From: a virus | Taxonomy: Duplodnaviria > Caudoviricetes | Virus record (IMG/VR): IMGVR_UViG_3300020045_013711 | Coordinates: 1 to 57,002 of that record | DNA: 57,002 nucleotides | Reading direction: 5' to 3' (one strand) | Shown: positions 26,862-34,881 of the stretch, in pieces | How the letters are laid out: each line of letters begins with the position of its first letter | Numbering within the stretch: position 1 is the stretch's first letter | Notes under the pieces: generated by a model | Databases searched by the model: none | What the model saw: only the letters and a program-made list of their open reading frames with translations | Told to the model about the DNA's origin: nothing | Position numbers and translations under genes: made by a program

Positions 26862-27166
26862 ATTTTAAACCAAGGAATTGAACCCATTTTATGATCATAT
26901 TGACAATAAAACTCTTTTTCATTATGGCAGTACTGAAACTCTAAATCATCAACACCCATTAATGATTTCATTTCTTTTAAAGCATTTAGAACAATGTTTA
27001 CTTGTTTACTGTGGTTGTAAGTAAATAACCAATAACATAAAAAATCGTGTTCACCGCTTGGAGTATCTTTGAAATTATAAGTTATGTCATTATTTTTTAA
27101 TTTACTTTGTTTTAAAAATATACCTACTCTGTCCTCATATTTTGGACTAAATTTTATTGCAATCAT
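26858..27166 (-). CDS. hypothetical protein
   Basis: 102 aa ORF. Confidence 0.6.
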   Translation of the reverse strand: MIAIKFSPKYEDRVGIFLKQSKLKNNDITYNFKDTPSGEHDFLCYWLFTYNHSKQVNIVLNALKEMKSLMGVDDLEFQYCHNEKEFYCQYDHKMGSIPWFKI

Positions 27167-27190
27167 AATATTTGTTTAAATGGTTATTAA

Positions 27191-28084
27191 TTAAAAAAGT
27201 GGTTCTACTTCTTTTTCTGTTGTTGGAACTTTTGGTTCTTTGTTTTCAACTGCAGGTTCTTCAAATTTTGTTTCTTCAATACCTGAAAAATCCAAAGATT
27301 TTTTATTAGCATTGGCAGCAATGTTTTGATTAACATTTTCTTCAACTGAATCAGTTCTTTCAGTTTCCTCCAAAGGATCATATAAAATAGAATCATCTGA
27401 ACTACTAATAAGTAATTTACATGCACGATTGATAACTGTCTTAATTGCCATTTGGTCAGGAAAGTTTTTATGAGCTGGAGATGCTCCTTTTGATCCTCCT
27501 TGGTTCCAAGAAGATTGAATTTGAGTAATATTCATTACTTCCATATCGAAATCACCATTATTCAATTCAAAAACAGCATAAGCTCCTTTTATTTTGCCAC
27601 TTCCAACACTGTCAAGAGTCTGAACATGAGAAATTAATTTTCTTCTGCCTGTTTTTTGGTCTACTTCAAATTCAAAAGTATCTCCATCAAAAATTGCATT
27701 CCCTTTTATGCTTTTAAGATTTCCGTATCTTTTTGCAATGGCAATATTTCCAGCATAAGAAATTGAACATTCCAATTTATCACCATAAGGAATGAAATAA
27801 CATTGCTTTTTGATTGGTGAAACTCCATAAACCACCATTTTCAATAAAGCTTCTGCAATTGATGATTTGTCGCATTTGGCAAGTAAATTGTTTTTTGGAT
27901 CGCTTAGAATTATATAAGCCGATTTTAAAGCGTTTTGAGGATTATAATCTTTTGGAAGTGTTAACTCTCCACTTTCTCTAAAAGAATCGATTTTGTTTAA
28001 CACCTGTACTGAAATATCAGTCTTTACTTTTGCTACTGCCTGTTCGTCTTTTGATGGACCTAAATTTGTGTTTGTTGTACTCAT
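27191..28084 (-). CDS. recT: RecT-family single-strand annealing protein
   Basis: GVSPIKKQCYFIPYG, SYAG, FPDQMAIKTVINRACK. Confidence 0.85.
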   Translation of the reverse strand: MSTTNTNLGPSKDEQAVAKVKTDISVQVLNKIDSFRESGELTLPKDYNPQNALKSAYIILSDPKNNLLAKCDKSSIAEALLKMVVYGVSPIKKQCYFIPYGDKLECSISYAGNIAIAKRYGNLKSIKGNAIFDGDTFEFEVDQKTGRRKLISHVQTLDSVGSGKIKGAYAVFELNNGDFDMEVMNITQIQSSWNQGGSKGASPAHKNFPDQMAIKTVINRACKLLISSSDDSILYDPLEETERTDSVEENVNQNIAANANKKSLDFSGIEETKFEEPAVENKEPKVPTTEKEVEPLF

Positions 28085-28094
28085 TTTATTTTGA

Positions 28095-28334
28095 TTATAA
28101 ATTGTTAAATAATTCTTCTTTTAATGCTTCTGGATTCAAGAACGCATCTTTACTTTCAATGAATGTTCCGTATCCAACCACGTACAAAACTTTATATTCT
28201 GTTTCTTTGATTGTGTGCTCAGTATATCCAATTTTTACTTCGCCTTGAATTGTTGCAATTCCCTTTACTTCATTAGAAGTCGGTTTGTTGTTTTCCATGT
28301 AGTGAATAGTATCACCGATTTTAAATGCGCTCAT
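28095..28334 (-). CDS. hypothetical protein
   Basis: 79 aa ORF. Confidence 0.6.
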   Translation of the reverse strand: MSAFKIGDTIHYMENNKPTSNEVKGIATIQGEVKIGYTEHTIKETEYKVLYVVGYGTFIESKDAFLNPEALKEELFNNL

Positions 28335-28368
28335 TGTTTTTAATTTTTAGTTATTTTTTAATTATAAA

Positions 28369-28430
28369 CAAATGTATAAAATATACACTTATGTTTGACA
28401 AATCAATCTTAATTTATATTGATTCTTAAT
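28369..28430 (-). promoter_or_regulatory. promoter TACATTTG with TGTAT-N5-ATACA operator and 19-bp box
   Basis: caaatgtataaaatataca at 28369; atttatattgattcttaat at 28412. Confidence 0.6.
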
Positions 28431-28442
28431 AGTGTATTGAAT

Positions 28443-28471
28443 AAAAAAAACCGCCTGTTATAGCGGTTTTT
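28443..28471 (-). terminator. intrinsic terminator
   Basis: aaaaaccgc / gcggttttt. Confidence 0.65.
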
Positions 28472-28474
28472 AAA

Positions 28475-29023
28475 TTATATATTAGCCCAAGATATGTTAT
28501 TTACTATGCTGTGAATAGTACTTTTAGACATACTATATTTTTCTTGCAATTCTTTGCGAGTGCATTTATTTGTATTGTAAAGATTTCTTATTTCTGAAAT
28601 TTCTGAATCTAAAAGTTTTCTATTGCCATTACTTGGTTTGGTTTTTAAAACATTGTAAGAGTGTAATTGGTTTTCAGAATTAGTAGACCATTCTAAATTC
28701 CAATCATTATTATTTGTTTTGTCACCATCAATATGATTTACTTGGGGTTTGTTTTCTGGATTTGGAATAAAAGCTATTGCAACTAACTGGTGTATCGTTA
28801 ATGTTTTTTTATACCCATTATTTTGAAGAACTACATTACAATATCCATGATTATTAATCCCTGGTGAGAGTATTTTTTGTTTTATTTTAGTAAAACATTC
28901 TCCATGTTGATTTTTACTTTTAATAATTCTGTCCAAAGATTTTACTCTTCCAAAATTACTAATTTCATAAAATCCTTCAAATCCTTTAACCAATTCCCAT
29001 TTTTCTATTTTTTCTATTTCCAT
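28475..29023 (-). CDS. NUMOD4-HNH homing endonuclease
   Basis: GFEGFYEISNFGRVKS; HQLVAIAFIPNPENKPQVNHIDGDKTNN..NLEW...EN. Confidence 0.9.
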   Translation of the reverse strand: MEIEKIEKWELVKGFEGFYEISNFGRVKSLDRIIKSKNQHGECFTKIKQKILSPGINNHGYCNVVLQNNGYKKTLTIHQLVAIAFIPNPENKPQVNHIDGDKTNNNDWNLEWSTNSENQLHSYNVLKTKPSNGNRKLLDSEISEIRNLYNTNKCTRKELQEKYSMSKSTIHSIVNNISWANI

Positions 29024-29031
29024 AATAAATA

Positions 29032-29117
29032 AACAACCCTCCAATGAGTACCGCCAAGTAAACTCAAAAGAGGGTGTTAATTAAACTTTTAATCTTGGCG
29101 GATTTATCGCAAAGATA
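29032..29117 (-). promoter_or_regulatory. promoter (TATCTTTG) with structured 5' leader
   Basis: interleaved helices, see findings. Confidence 0.5.
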
Positions 29118-29125
29118 ATTAAAAA

Positions 29126-31129
29126 TTATTCTATTCTCAATACTTCGTCTTGTGGACTTACGTATAGATTTATTATTTGTGAATTTATTTCTATAATTTC
29201 AGAAGTACTTTCCCTGTTATCTAAAAAAATTGGCCCTGAAACTTGATAATGATTACAAAGTACGCTTATAATATCCAAGCCGGAATTAGTTTTTCCTGCG
29301 GTGTTACAGTCCGAAAATAAAACACCATCAACTAAAGCTTCACAAATTTCTTCATTACCACCATTTATCAAATCTTTAAAAAGTCGGAATCGAACATATT
29401 TAAATCTTTGGTTTATTTGTTCCTCAATTGATTCAATTTTAAGTTTATTAAATTTCTCGATCACAAATAAAGTTTTTTCAACTCCTGCGATCTCAGAAGC
29501 AAGGTTTTTTTGCTCAATTTTCAATTCCTCAACCCTTTTATCAACCAATTCATTTTGAGCCTTATTTCGAAGCTTATTTTTTATTTCGTCAATTTCTAAA
29601 CCTAAAGTTCTTTTTTGCTCATTAAGTTCTGAATTATCAATTGAAGGATTTTCTTTAATTGTCGCATTGATTTTTTCTAATTCAATCAATAACGCCTGAT
29701 ATGCTTTATTTTCCAATAAAGCATCATCCAAATCAAAAGCAATAACATTTACATTTTCCAATGCTGATTTTTCAGTTTCAACATTTTGTTGTAAAACAAT
29801 TATTTCAGATTTTAAGTTGGTAACTAATGTTTGTCCTTTTTCAATACGTTCAGTAATTGTTTTTAATTCTGCTTCTGAATTTTCTTTTTCATTTTTTAAT
29901 CTGATTCCAGATTGCTGAATTTCTTCAATTATTTTCGATTGTGAAAGATTGAAGTTTTGTTTTAATTCAGTTTTTTTGGCTTCAATATCAGAAGTTTCAA
30001 AATCACGTTTACAAGTAGGACAAGCACATTGTGAATCATCAAAAATAAATTCTTTTTCTGATGCTGTTTTTAATTCAGCACGTTTGGCCGAAAGTTTTTC
30101 ATCAGTAGATTTAATATCAGTTTCTAAATTTATTTTTTTAGTTTCAAGTGATTTTAAACCATTTTCAGCAATAGTCAAATCATTTTGTTTTAATTCCAAA
30201 GATGATTTAGCCGACTTTAATTTTGAATCATCTGGTTTATTTGAATTAGAATTTTCATCAACCAAATTTTGTTTAATGATGTCAAGTTGGTTTTTAACAC
30301 CATTAGCGGCAAGTTTTTTTGCATTTTCAACTTTCAATAATTCATCAAAAGCAGTTGATTTGTCTTGAATGTCTTTTTCAATATTTGCAAGTGCCAATTC
30401 TTTTTCTTCTTTTTCTGATTCAAGTTTGGCCCAGTCAAAAACTTCTGATTTACCTTTTAACGATTCATCGATTCGAGTTGGAATAAGTTTTAAGTTTTCC
30501 TTTGATTTAACGATAGTATTTGAAACTTGTTTTCGGTAATCTTCCAATTCTTTACCTTGAACCAAATGAGAAATTAATTCTAAATATTCTGGTGAAGTTC
30601 CGGCCAATTCTTCATTTGATGGAGCTGGACAAATTTCAGTCAATACACCTCTTTGTTTTTGCCATGGCAATGAAGTAAAAAACAATGGATTTGTAATCAT
30701 CTTAAAAACTGATTCATCCAAAATAGAATCAACTTTTTTTGCAAAGTCACCGGCTAACATTGGCACTAAATTAAATTCAAAATTTGTTTCGTGTCCTTTG
30801 AATTCTGCAAATTCAGATCCTTTTGATTTTACCCACTTTTCTTTGTAAATTCTTTTCAATGTTATTTCTTCACCATCCACATCTAAAATAATAGTTCCGA
30901 TGTGTTCTTGCTGGTTAAATGAAGTATCTTTTGTGTTTTTAATACTGAAATCCTTTTTTTCATCAGCATTTTTACCAAAAAGAACCCAAAGGAAAGTATT
31001 TACTATTCTGGTTTTTCCAACTCCATTACGGCCAAAAATATTAGTTACATCTTTGTTGAAATTGATTGTAAGGTTTTGGCATCCCATTAAATTTTCAAGA
31101 ATTGCCGTTTTGATTGTTACTTTTTTCAT
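29126..31129 (-). CDS. Rad50/SbcC-like coiled-coil ATPase
   Basis: Walker A GRNGVGKT, CPTC zinc hook, IFLDNRES. Confidence 0.85.
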   Translation of the reverse strand: MKKVTIKTAILENLMGCQNLTINFNKDVTNIFGRNGVGKTRIVNTFLWVLFGKNADEKKDFSIKNTKDTSFNQQEHIGTIILDVDGEEITLKRIYKEKWVKSKGSEFAEFKGHETNFEFNLVPMLAGDFAKKVDSILDESVFKMITNPLFFTSLPWQKQRGVLTEICPAPSNEELAGTSPEYLELISHLVQGKELEDYRKQVSNTIVKSKENLKLIPTRIDESLKGKSEVFDWAKLESEKEEKELALANIEKDIQDKSTAFDELLKVENAKKLAANGVKNQLDIIKQNLVDENSNSNKPDDSKLKSAKSSLELKQNDLTIAENGLKSLETKKINLETDIKSTDEKLSAKRAELKTASEKEFIFDDSQCACPTCKRDFETSDIEAKKTELKQNFNLSQSKIIEEIQQSGIRLKNEKENSEAELKTITERIEKGQTLVTNLKSEIIVLQQNVETEKSALENVNVIAFDLDDALLENKAYQALLIELEKINATIKENPSIDNSELNEQKRTLGLEIDEIKNKLRNKAQNELVDKRVEELKIEQKNLASEIAGVEKTLFVIEKFNKLKIESIEEQINQRFKYVRFRLFKDLINGGNEEICEALVDGVLFSDCNTAGKTNSGLDIISVLCNHYQVSGPIFLDNRESTSEIIEINSQIINLYVSPQDEVLRIE

Positions 31130-31145
31130 TTTGTTGTTTTAAAGA

Positions 31146-31400
31146 TTAATTATTAATAAGTTTTAAGTCTGATTCATATGCCTTGTCAATAGCTTTACTA
31201 TCTCTATCGAAATTTTGCTTTTCAACAATCATATGATTACGTAATTTAATTTGTAAAGCACGATTTATATCTAAAGTATGTCTGATATCCTTTCTCAATA
31301 ATAAATATTTTAAAATAGATTCAGCTTCTTGCTCTGGTGTAACATACTCATTGAAAAAATGGTTAAAATATTTTAAACCATATAATAATAATTTTTTCAT
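31146..31400 (-). CDS. hypothetical protein
   Basis: 84 aa ORF. Confidence 0.55.
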   Translation of the reverse strand: MKKLLLYGLKYFNHFFNEYVTPEQEAESILKYLLLRKDIRHTLDINRALQIKLRNHMIVEKQNFDRDSKAIDKAYESDLKLINN

Positions 31401-31402
31401 GA

Positions 31403-31630
31403 TTATCTTTTTTCTCTGGTGATAAACATTTCATCAAGGCTTTTAAGCTTCAAAAAACGTTTTATTACAACAATCACATTGTAACGAGTTAGTTTGTCAG
31501 ATTTAGCAATTGCAAGAGTTCTAACGCTATTATTCTGGACAAATTCAACTTCTGCAATCTCTTGTCTTAGATCGTAATTTTTTCGAACTTCATCGAAAAT
31601 TTCATCTTTCATTATTTTAATTTTTGGCAT
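31403..31630 (-). CDS. small putative DNA-binding (Cro-like) protein
   Basis: 75 aa; LRQEIAEVEFVQNNSVRTL weak HTH pattern. Confidence 0.45.
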   Translation of the reverse strand: MPKIKIMKDEIFDEVRKNYDLRQEIAEVEFVQNNSVRTLAIAKSDKLTRYNVIVVIKRFLKLKSLDEMFITREKR

Positions 31631-31649
31631 AATTTATTTAGTTTTTGTA

Positions 31650-31883
31650 TTAATAATTTTTTAAAAAGTCACCTGTTTCTAATTCTACAGTTTCACCTTT
31701 ATCAACTCGACAAAGATTAACTTCACTTGCTCCATATTCTGAAAAATCTTTATCTCCTAGAATATCCGTTACTCCTAAATTCATAACACATGATTTGTAG
31801 TTGAATTGAATAAAATAAAACGGATCATTTGCATAATCAAAAACATCATTTCCAGATTCTATTTTTTTTATAATTGTACTCAT
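31650..31883 (-). CDS. hypothetical protein
   Basis: 77 aa ORF. Confidence 0.55.
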   Translation of the reverse strand: MSTIIKKIESGNDVFDYANDPFYFIQFNYKSCVMNLGVTDILGDKDFSEYGASEVNLCRVDKGETVELETGDFLKNY

Positions 31884-32047
31884 GATTATTAGGTTTTAAT
31901 TTGTGAAATATTGTTTTAAAATTTCGTTTTTCTGTGTTTGTTCATCATAGGATAAAAACCCAAATGTCCTAAGTGATTGCTCAATTTCTGCAAGCTTTAT
32001 CAATTTTGCTTTTAATGATTCTATTTCTTTGTCTTTATCGCTCATGA

Positions 32048-32338
32048 TTAGTCCATATTAAGAGTTAATCCATCATAATAACTTGCGGCACCATCATTAT
32101 TTAAAACGTTTCTAGGAACCAATATAAACCCAACACTATTAAAAGTTTCATACATTTTTTTTGCTTCAATTTTCTTTTTAGCATATTGAGCTTTAGATGG
32201 AATTTTATTGTAAATAGCAACATAAAATTCTCTTTTGAAATCAGTCCATGCTTTAACTAATGCTTGACTAAAAGTGATATTGTATTTTCTAAACAAGTTC
32301 CATGCTTTTGAAAATATTTTAGATTTATTTGATTTCAT
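32048..32338 (-). CDS. hypothetical phage protein
   Basis: NKSKIFSKAWNLF...FSQALVKAW; start 32338. Confidence 0.65.
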   Translation of the reverse strand: MKSNKSKIFSKAWNLFRKYNITFSQALVKAWTDFKREFYVAIYNKIPSKAQYAKKKIEAKKMYETFNSVGFILVPRNVLNNDGAASYYDGLTLNMD

Positions 32339-32373
32339 TTTGTTATGATTTAAGTTATTACTGTTTTGTTTAG

Positions 32374-32444
32374 CAAATGTATAAAAAATACATATACGAA
32401 TGTATAAAAAATACATTTAAGCTTAATTTATAATCATTCAAAAT
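32374..32444 (-). promoter_or_regulatory. early-operon promoter with two TGTAT-N5-ATACA operators and 19-bp box
   Basis: caaatgtataaaaaatacat (32374), aatgtataaaaaatacattt (32399), atttataatcattcaaaat (32426). Confidence 0.65.
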
Positions 32445-32451
32445 AAGGCAC

Positions 32452-32483
32452 AAAAAAAACCACTCAAACTAATGAGCGGTTTT
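32452..32483 (-). terminator. intrinsic terminator
   Basis: aaaaccactca / tgagcggtttt. Confidence 0.65.
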
Positions 32484-32512
32484 CCCTAAACCAAATTATG
32501 TTTACCATGAAA

Positions 32513-33007
32513 TTATCTTTTAATATTGAAAATTGATTTATTATAACCTAGCCATACGGTTTGGTTCGTATCATAAGAACCGCTTATTATATCGCCTTTT
32601 CTATTCTGGAACATCAAATTTGCTTTAAAATTAAGTTTTGGCACAATTATACTGCTTCCAACTTCTGCACCCGCTAATAGCCTAAAAACAGTTTCTTTGG
32701 TTTTTACTTCAACTTCACGTTTTTTAATGGTGTATGATGGAGTTATTTCTTGTACTTCACCCCGAACAGTTCCGTTAATATTAAGCAATAAATTATCATC
32801 TTCAAATTTTGATGAAAACGAATTTAATTGAATTGATTTTAAGTACAGATTCAATCTTTCAATACTATCTTTGGCCTTTACATATTGCTCTACTAATTCA
32901 GTATTTAAAGGGTTTTCTACAATTATTTCTTTATCTTTCCATTTAATAATTGGCTTTTTTTGGTCTTTTTCTGGCCATTTAACCGGAATATGTTTTGGTT
33001 TTTGCAA
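32513..33007 (-). CDS. lysis-region (spanin-like) protein, apparently 5'-truncated
   Basis: C-terminal beta-rich domain; no ATG or TM anchor before an in-frame stop at about 33023. Confidence 0.45.
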   Translation of the reverse strand: MQKPKHIPVKWPEKDQKKPIIKWKDKEIIVENPLNTELVEQYVKAKDSIERLNLYLKSIQLNSFSSKFEDDNLLLNINGTVRGEVQEITPSYTIKKREVEVKTKETVFRLLAGAEVGSSIIVPKLNFKANLMFQNRKGDIISGSYDTNQTVWLGYNKSIFNIKR

Positions 33008-33183
33008 AATATCCGATTGAACTTAAAGAATCAATCGCATTAAAGATGATCGATGAAAAAATTGATTCAGCTGTAGAAAAATGTGAAAAAAAGGATCAGG
33101 ATTATATTGATGATGCAGTTCTTGCGTATCAAATGTTGAATGATTTCTTTATGGAAAAGAATATTGACCCATCAGTTTATTAA
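32995..33183 (+). CDS. C-terminal fragment of a plus-strand gene
   Basis: ends at the bidirectional terminator; no convincing start. Confidence 0.35.
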   Translation: MVFAKYPIELKESIALKMIDEKIDSAVEKCEKKDQDYIDDAVLAYQMLNDFFMEKNIDPSVY

Positions 33184-33187
33184 AAAT

Positions 33188-33219
33188 AAAAAGCCGATAT
33201 ATAATTTATCGGCTTTTTT
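33188..33219. terminator. bidirectional terminator
   Basis: aaaaagccgata / tatcggcttttt between convergent ORFs. Confidence 0.7.
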
Positions 33220-33246
33220 GTATATAATTTTTAAGTAAAATTGTGT

Positions 33247-33711
33247 TTATGCTGCTATTTCAAAATGCATCCAATCATAATTTTTTTCACGACCCAAAGA
33301 AATAAAACCATGTTTATAAAAAATATCAATCATTGGTTTATATTCAGGTTTTGCAAATCGTGCTGTTTTTGATGTTTCTTTTAATTGATTTCTTTCTGGA
33401 TCTAAATCAATTGCTATTCCCCAACTATGACGGCTATAATCAGAACCTCCACGCATTTTACGGAAATTAAAACACCCACCATACAAATCAATTCCTAATT
33501 CAACTATTTTTTCATAACCATAATGAGCTAAAATTTCCTTAAATACTAATTCAAGTTTATCATGAACTAATTTATGACATGTAATCTTAGTAACTTTTAT
33601 TTTTTTATCCCATGATAAACGCAAAGGGAATGGCATTTGTAAAGTTGCTAAATAATTAGGTGTTTCGCTTGGAACACCATATTTCTTAATTGCTTGTGCT
33701 GTTGTTATCAT
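33247..33711 (-). CDS. endolysin, peptidase M15 family
   Basis: GGCFNFRKMRG, SRHSWGIAIDLDP, DWMHFE. Confidence 0.9.
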   Translation of the reverse strand: MITTAQAIKKYGVPSETPNYLATLQMPFPLRLSWDKKIKVTKITCHKLVHDKLELVFKEILAHYGYEKIVELGIDLYGGCFNFRKMRGGSDYSRHSWGIAIDLDPERNQLKETSKTARFAKPEYKPMIDIFYKHGFISLGREKNYDWMHFEIAA

Positions 33712-33841
33712 CTTTTTTTTCTTCTTCATTAAATAATTTACGTAGTTTTTTCTCCCCTCTTTTGATGGATTTTAGAACTGTCTTTATAGTTTCTTCCAAA
33801 CAGTGTTTTTCTTCTGTATGTAAAACATTTTCGCACATCAT

Positions 33842-34090
33842 TTATCTTTTTTTCAATTCTATCATATTTGATACAAATTGGTTATAAGAATTATTCATTT
33901 TCACTAAAGTTTCATTCGATGCTTTCATATACTCCTTAAATTCAGAATTCAATATTTTATACTCTCGGAACAAAAACACAACTACAGCACTAAGGGCTAC
34001 TATCCCCACTATTAAAACTCCTGTTGTTGTAGCATCTGTATTGCTTAATAATTTTTGTGTTTCTGAAATTGGAATTTGTAGACTAATCAT
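33842..34090 (-). CDS. single-TM protein, holin-like
   Basis: one TM helix plus coiled coil, upstream of endolysin. Confidence 0.55.
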   Translation of the reverse strand: MISLQIPISETQKLLSNTDATTTGVLIVGIVALSAVVVFLFREYKILNSEFKEYMKASNETLVKMNNSYNQFVSNMIELKKR

Positions 34091-34437
34091 CTTGACATTT
34101 TCTTATTTAGTTCGTAAATAATTGTTGTCGATAAAATTACGGAAAATATTACAATTTCATACCATATTTTATAATATTCAGGAAAATAAACGCCTGCTAT
34201 ATTTATTAAATTAGCGAAAAACATACCTATTGGAAGTGTTTTTGTTAGCATACAATATTTTCCATAATGAAAAACATAAAAAAATAATACATCTGTAACT
34301 AAAGAAAAACCTGCTATATTACCCCATAAAGTATAATTAAAATTATACCCAAACCAAGGTACTGCAATAGACAAAAAACTTACTCCCATAAGTAAAATAG
34401 GAAGTAAGTAAATTGTTTCTCTTAGAAAAAATCTCAT
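34087..34437 (-). CDS. multi-TM membrane protein
   Basis: four hydrophobic segments. Confidence 0.6.
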   Translation of the reverse strand: MRFFLRETIYLLPILLMGVSFLSIAVPWFGYNFNYTLWGNIAGFSLVTDVLFFYVFHYGKYCMLTKTLPIGMFFANLINIAGVYFPEYYKIWYEIVIFSVILSTTIIYELNKKMSR

Positions 34438-34688
34438 GGCTTTGGTGGTTTAGGATTCTGGATTCCTCCTCCTCCTATTTCGTCAGAATATAATTTTGTA
34501 TCAGGTTTAGTAAAAAAGTTTTTAAGCAAGTATGTAACGCTTGCAGAAATAGCTATTTTATACATTGAGTGAATGTCAAATCCTGGAATCATTTCCTGTA
34601 ACAAATACAAAGCAGGTGTGCCTATTGCCATAATCCACCCTCTTAAAAAATCTCTCCAATTAAGGCTAAAAAAATTTGATTGTTTCAT
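34434..34688 (-). CDS. putative holin
   Basis: FFSLNWRDFLRG...YLLKNFFT, two TM segments. Confidence 0.6.
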   Translation of the reverse strand: MKQSNFFSLNWRDFLRGWIMAIGTPALYLLQEMIPGFDIHSMYKIAISASVTYLLKNFFTKPDTKLYSDEIGGGGIQNPKPPKP

Positions 34689-34881
34689 ATTTATTTATGT
34701 TTATAGTTTAAGTTGGTAAATCAATTGTGCCGAATAATTCTAATGTAAATGTTTTCATTTTAATTTTTGTTTTAAATTATTAAATGATTCTTTTCTTATC
34801 CAAATGCATAGGATAGCAGATAGTAATATGTATTATAGTAGGTAGATCAAATTAGTATTTCTTTATATTTGTTTTAAATTA

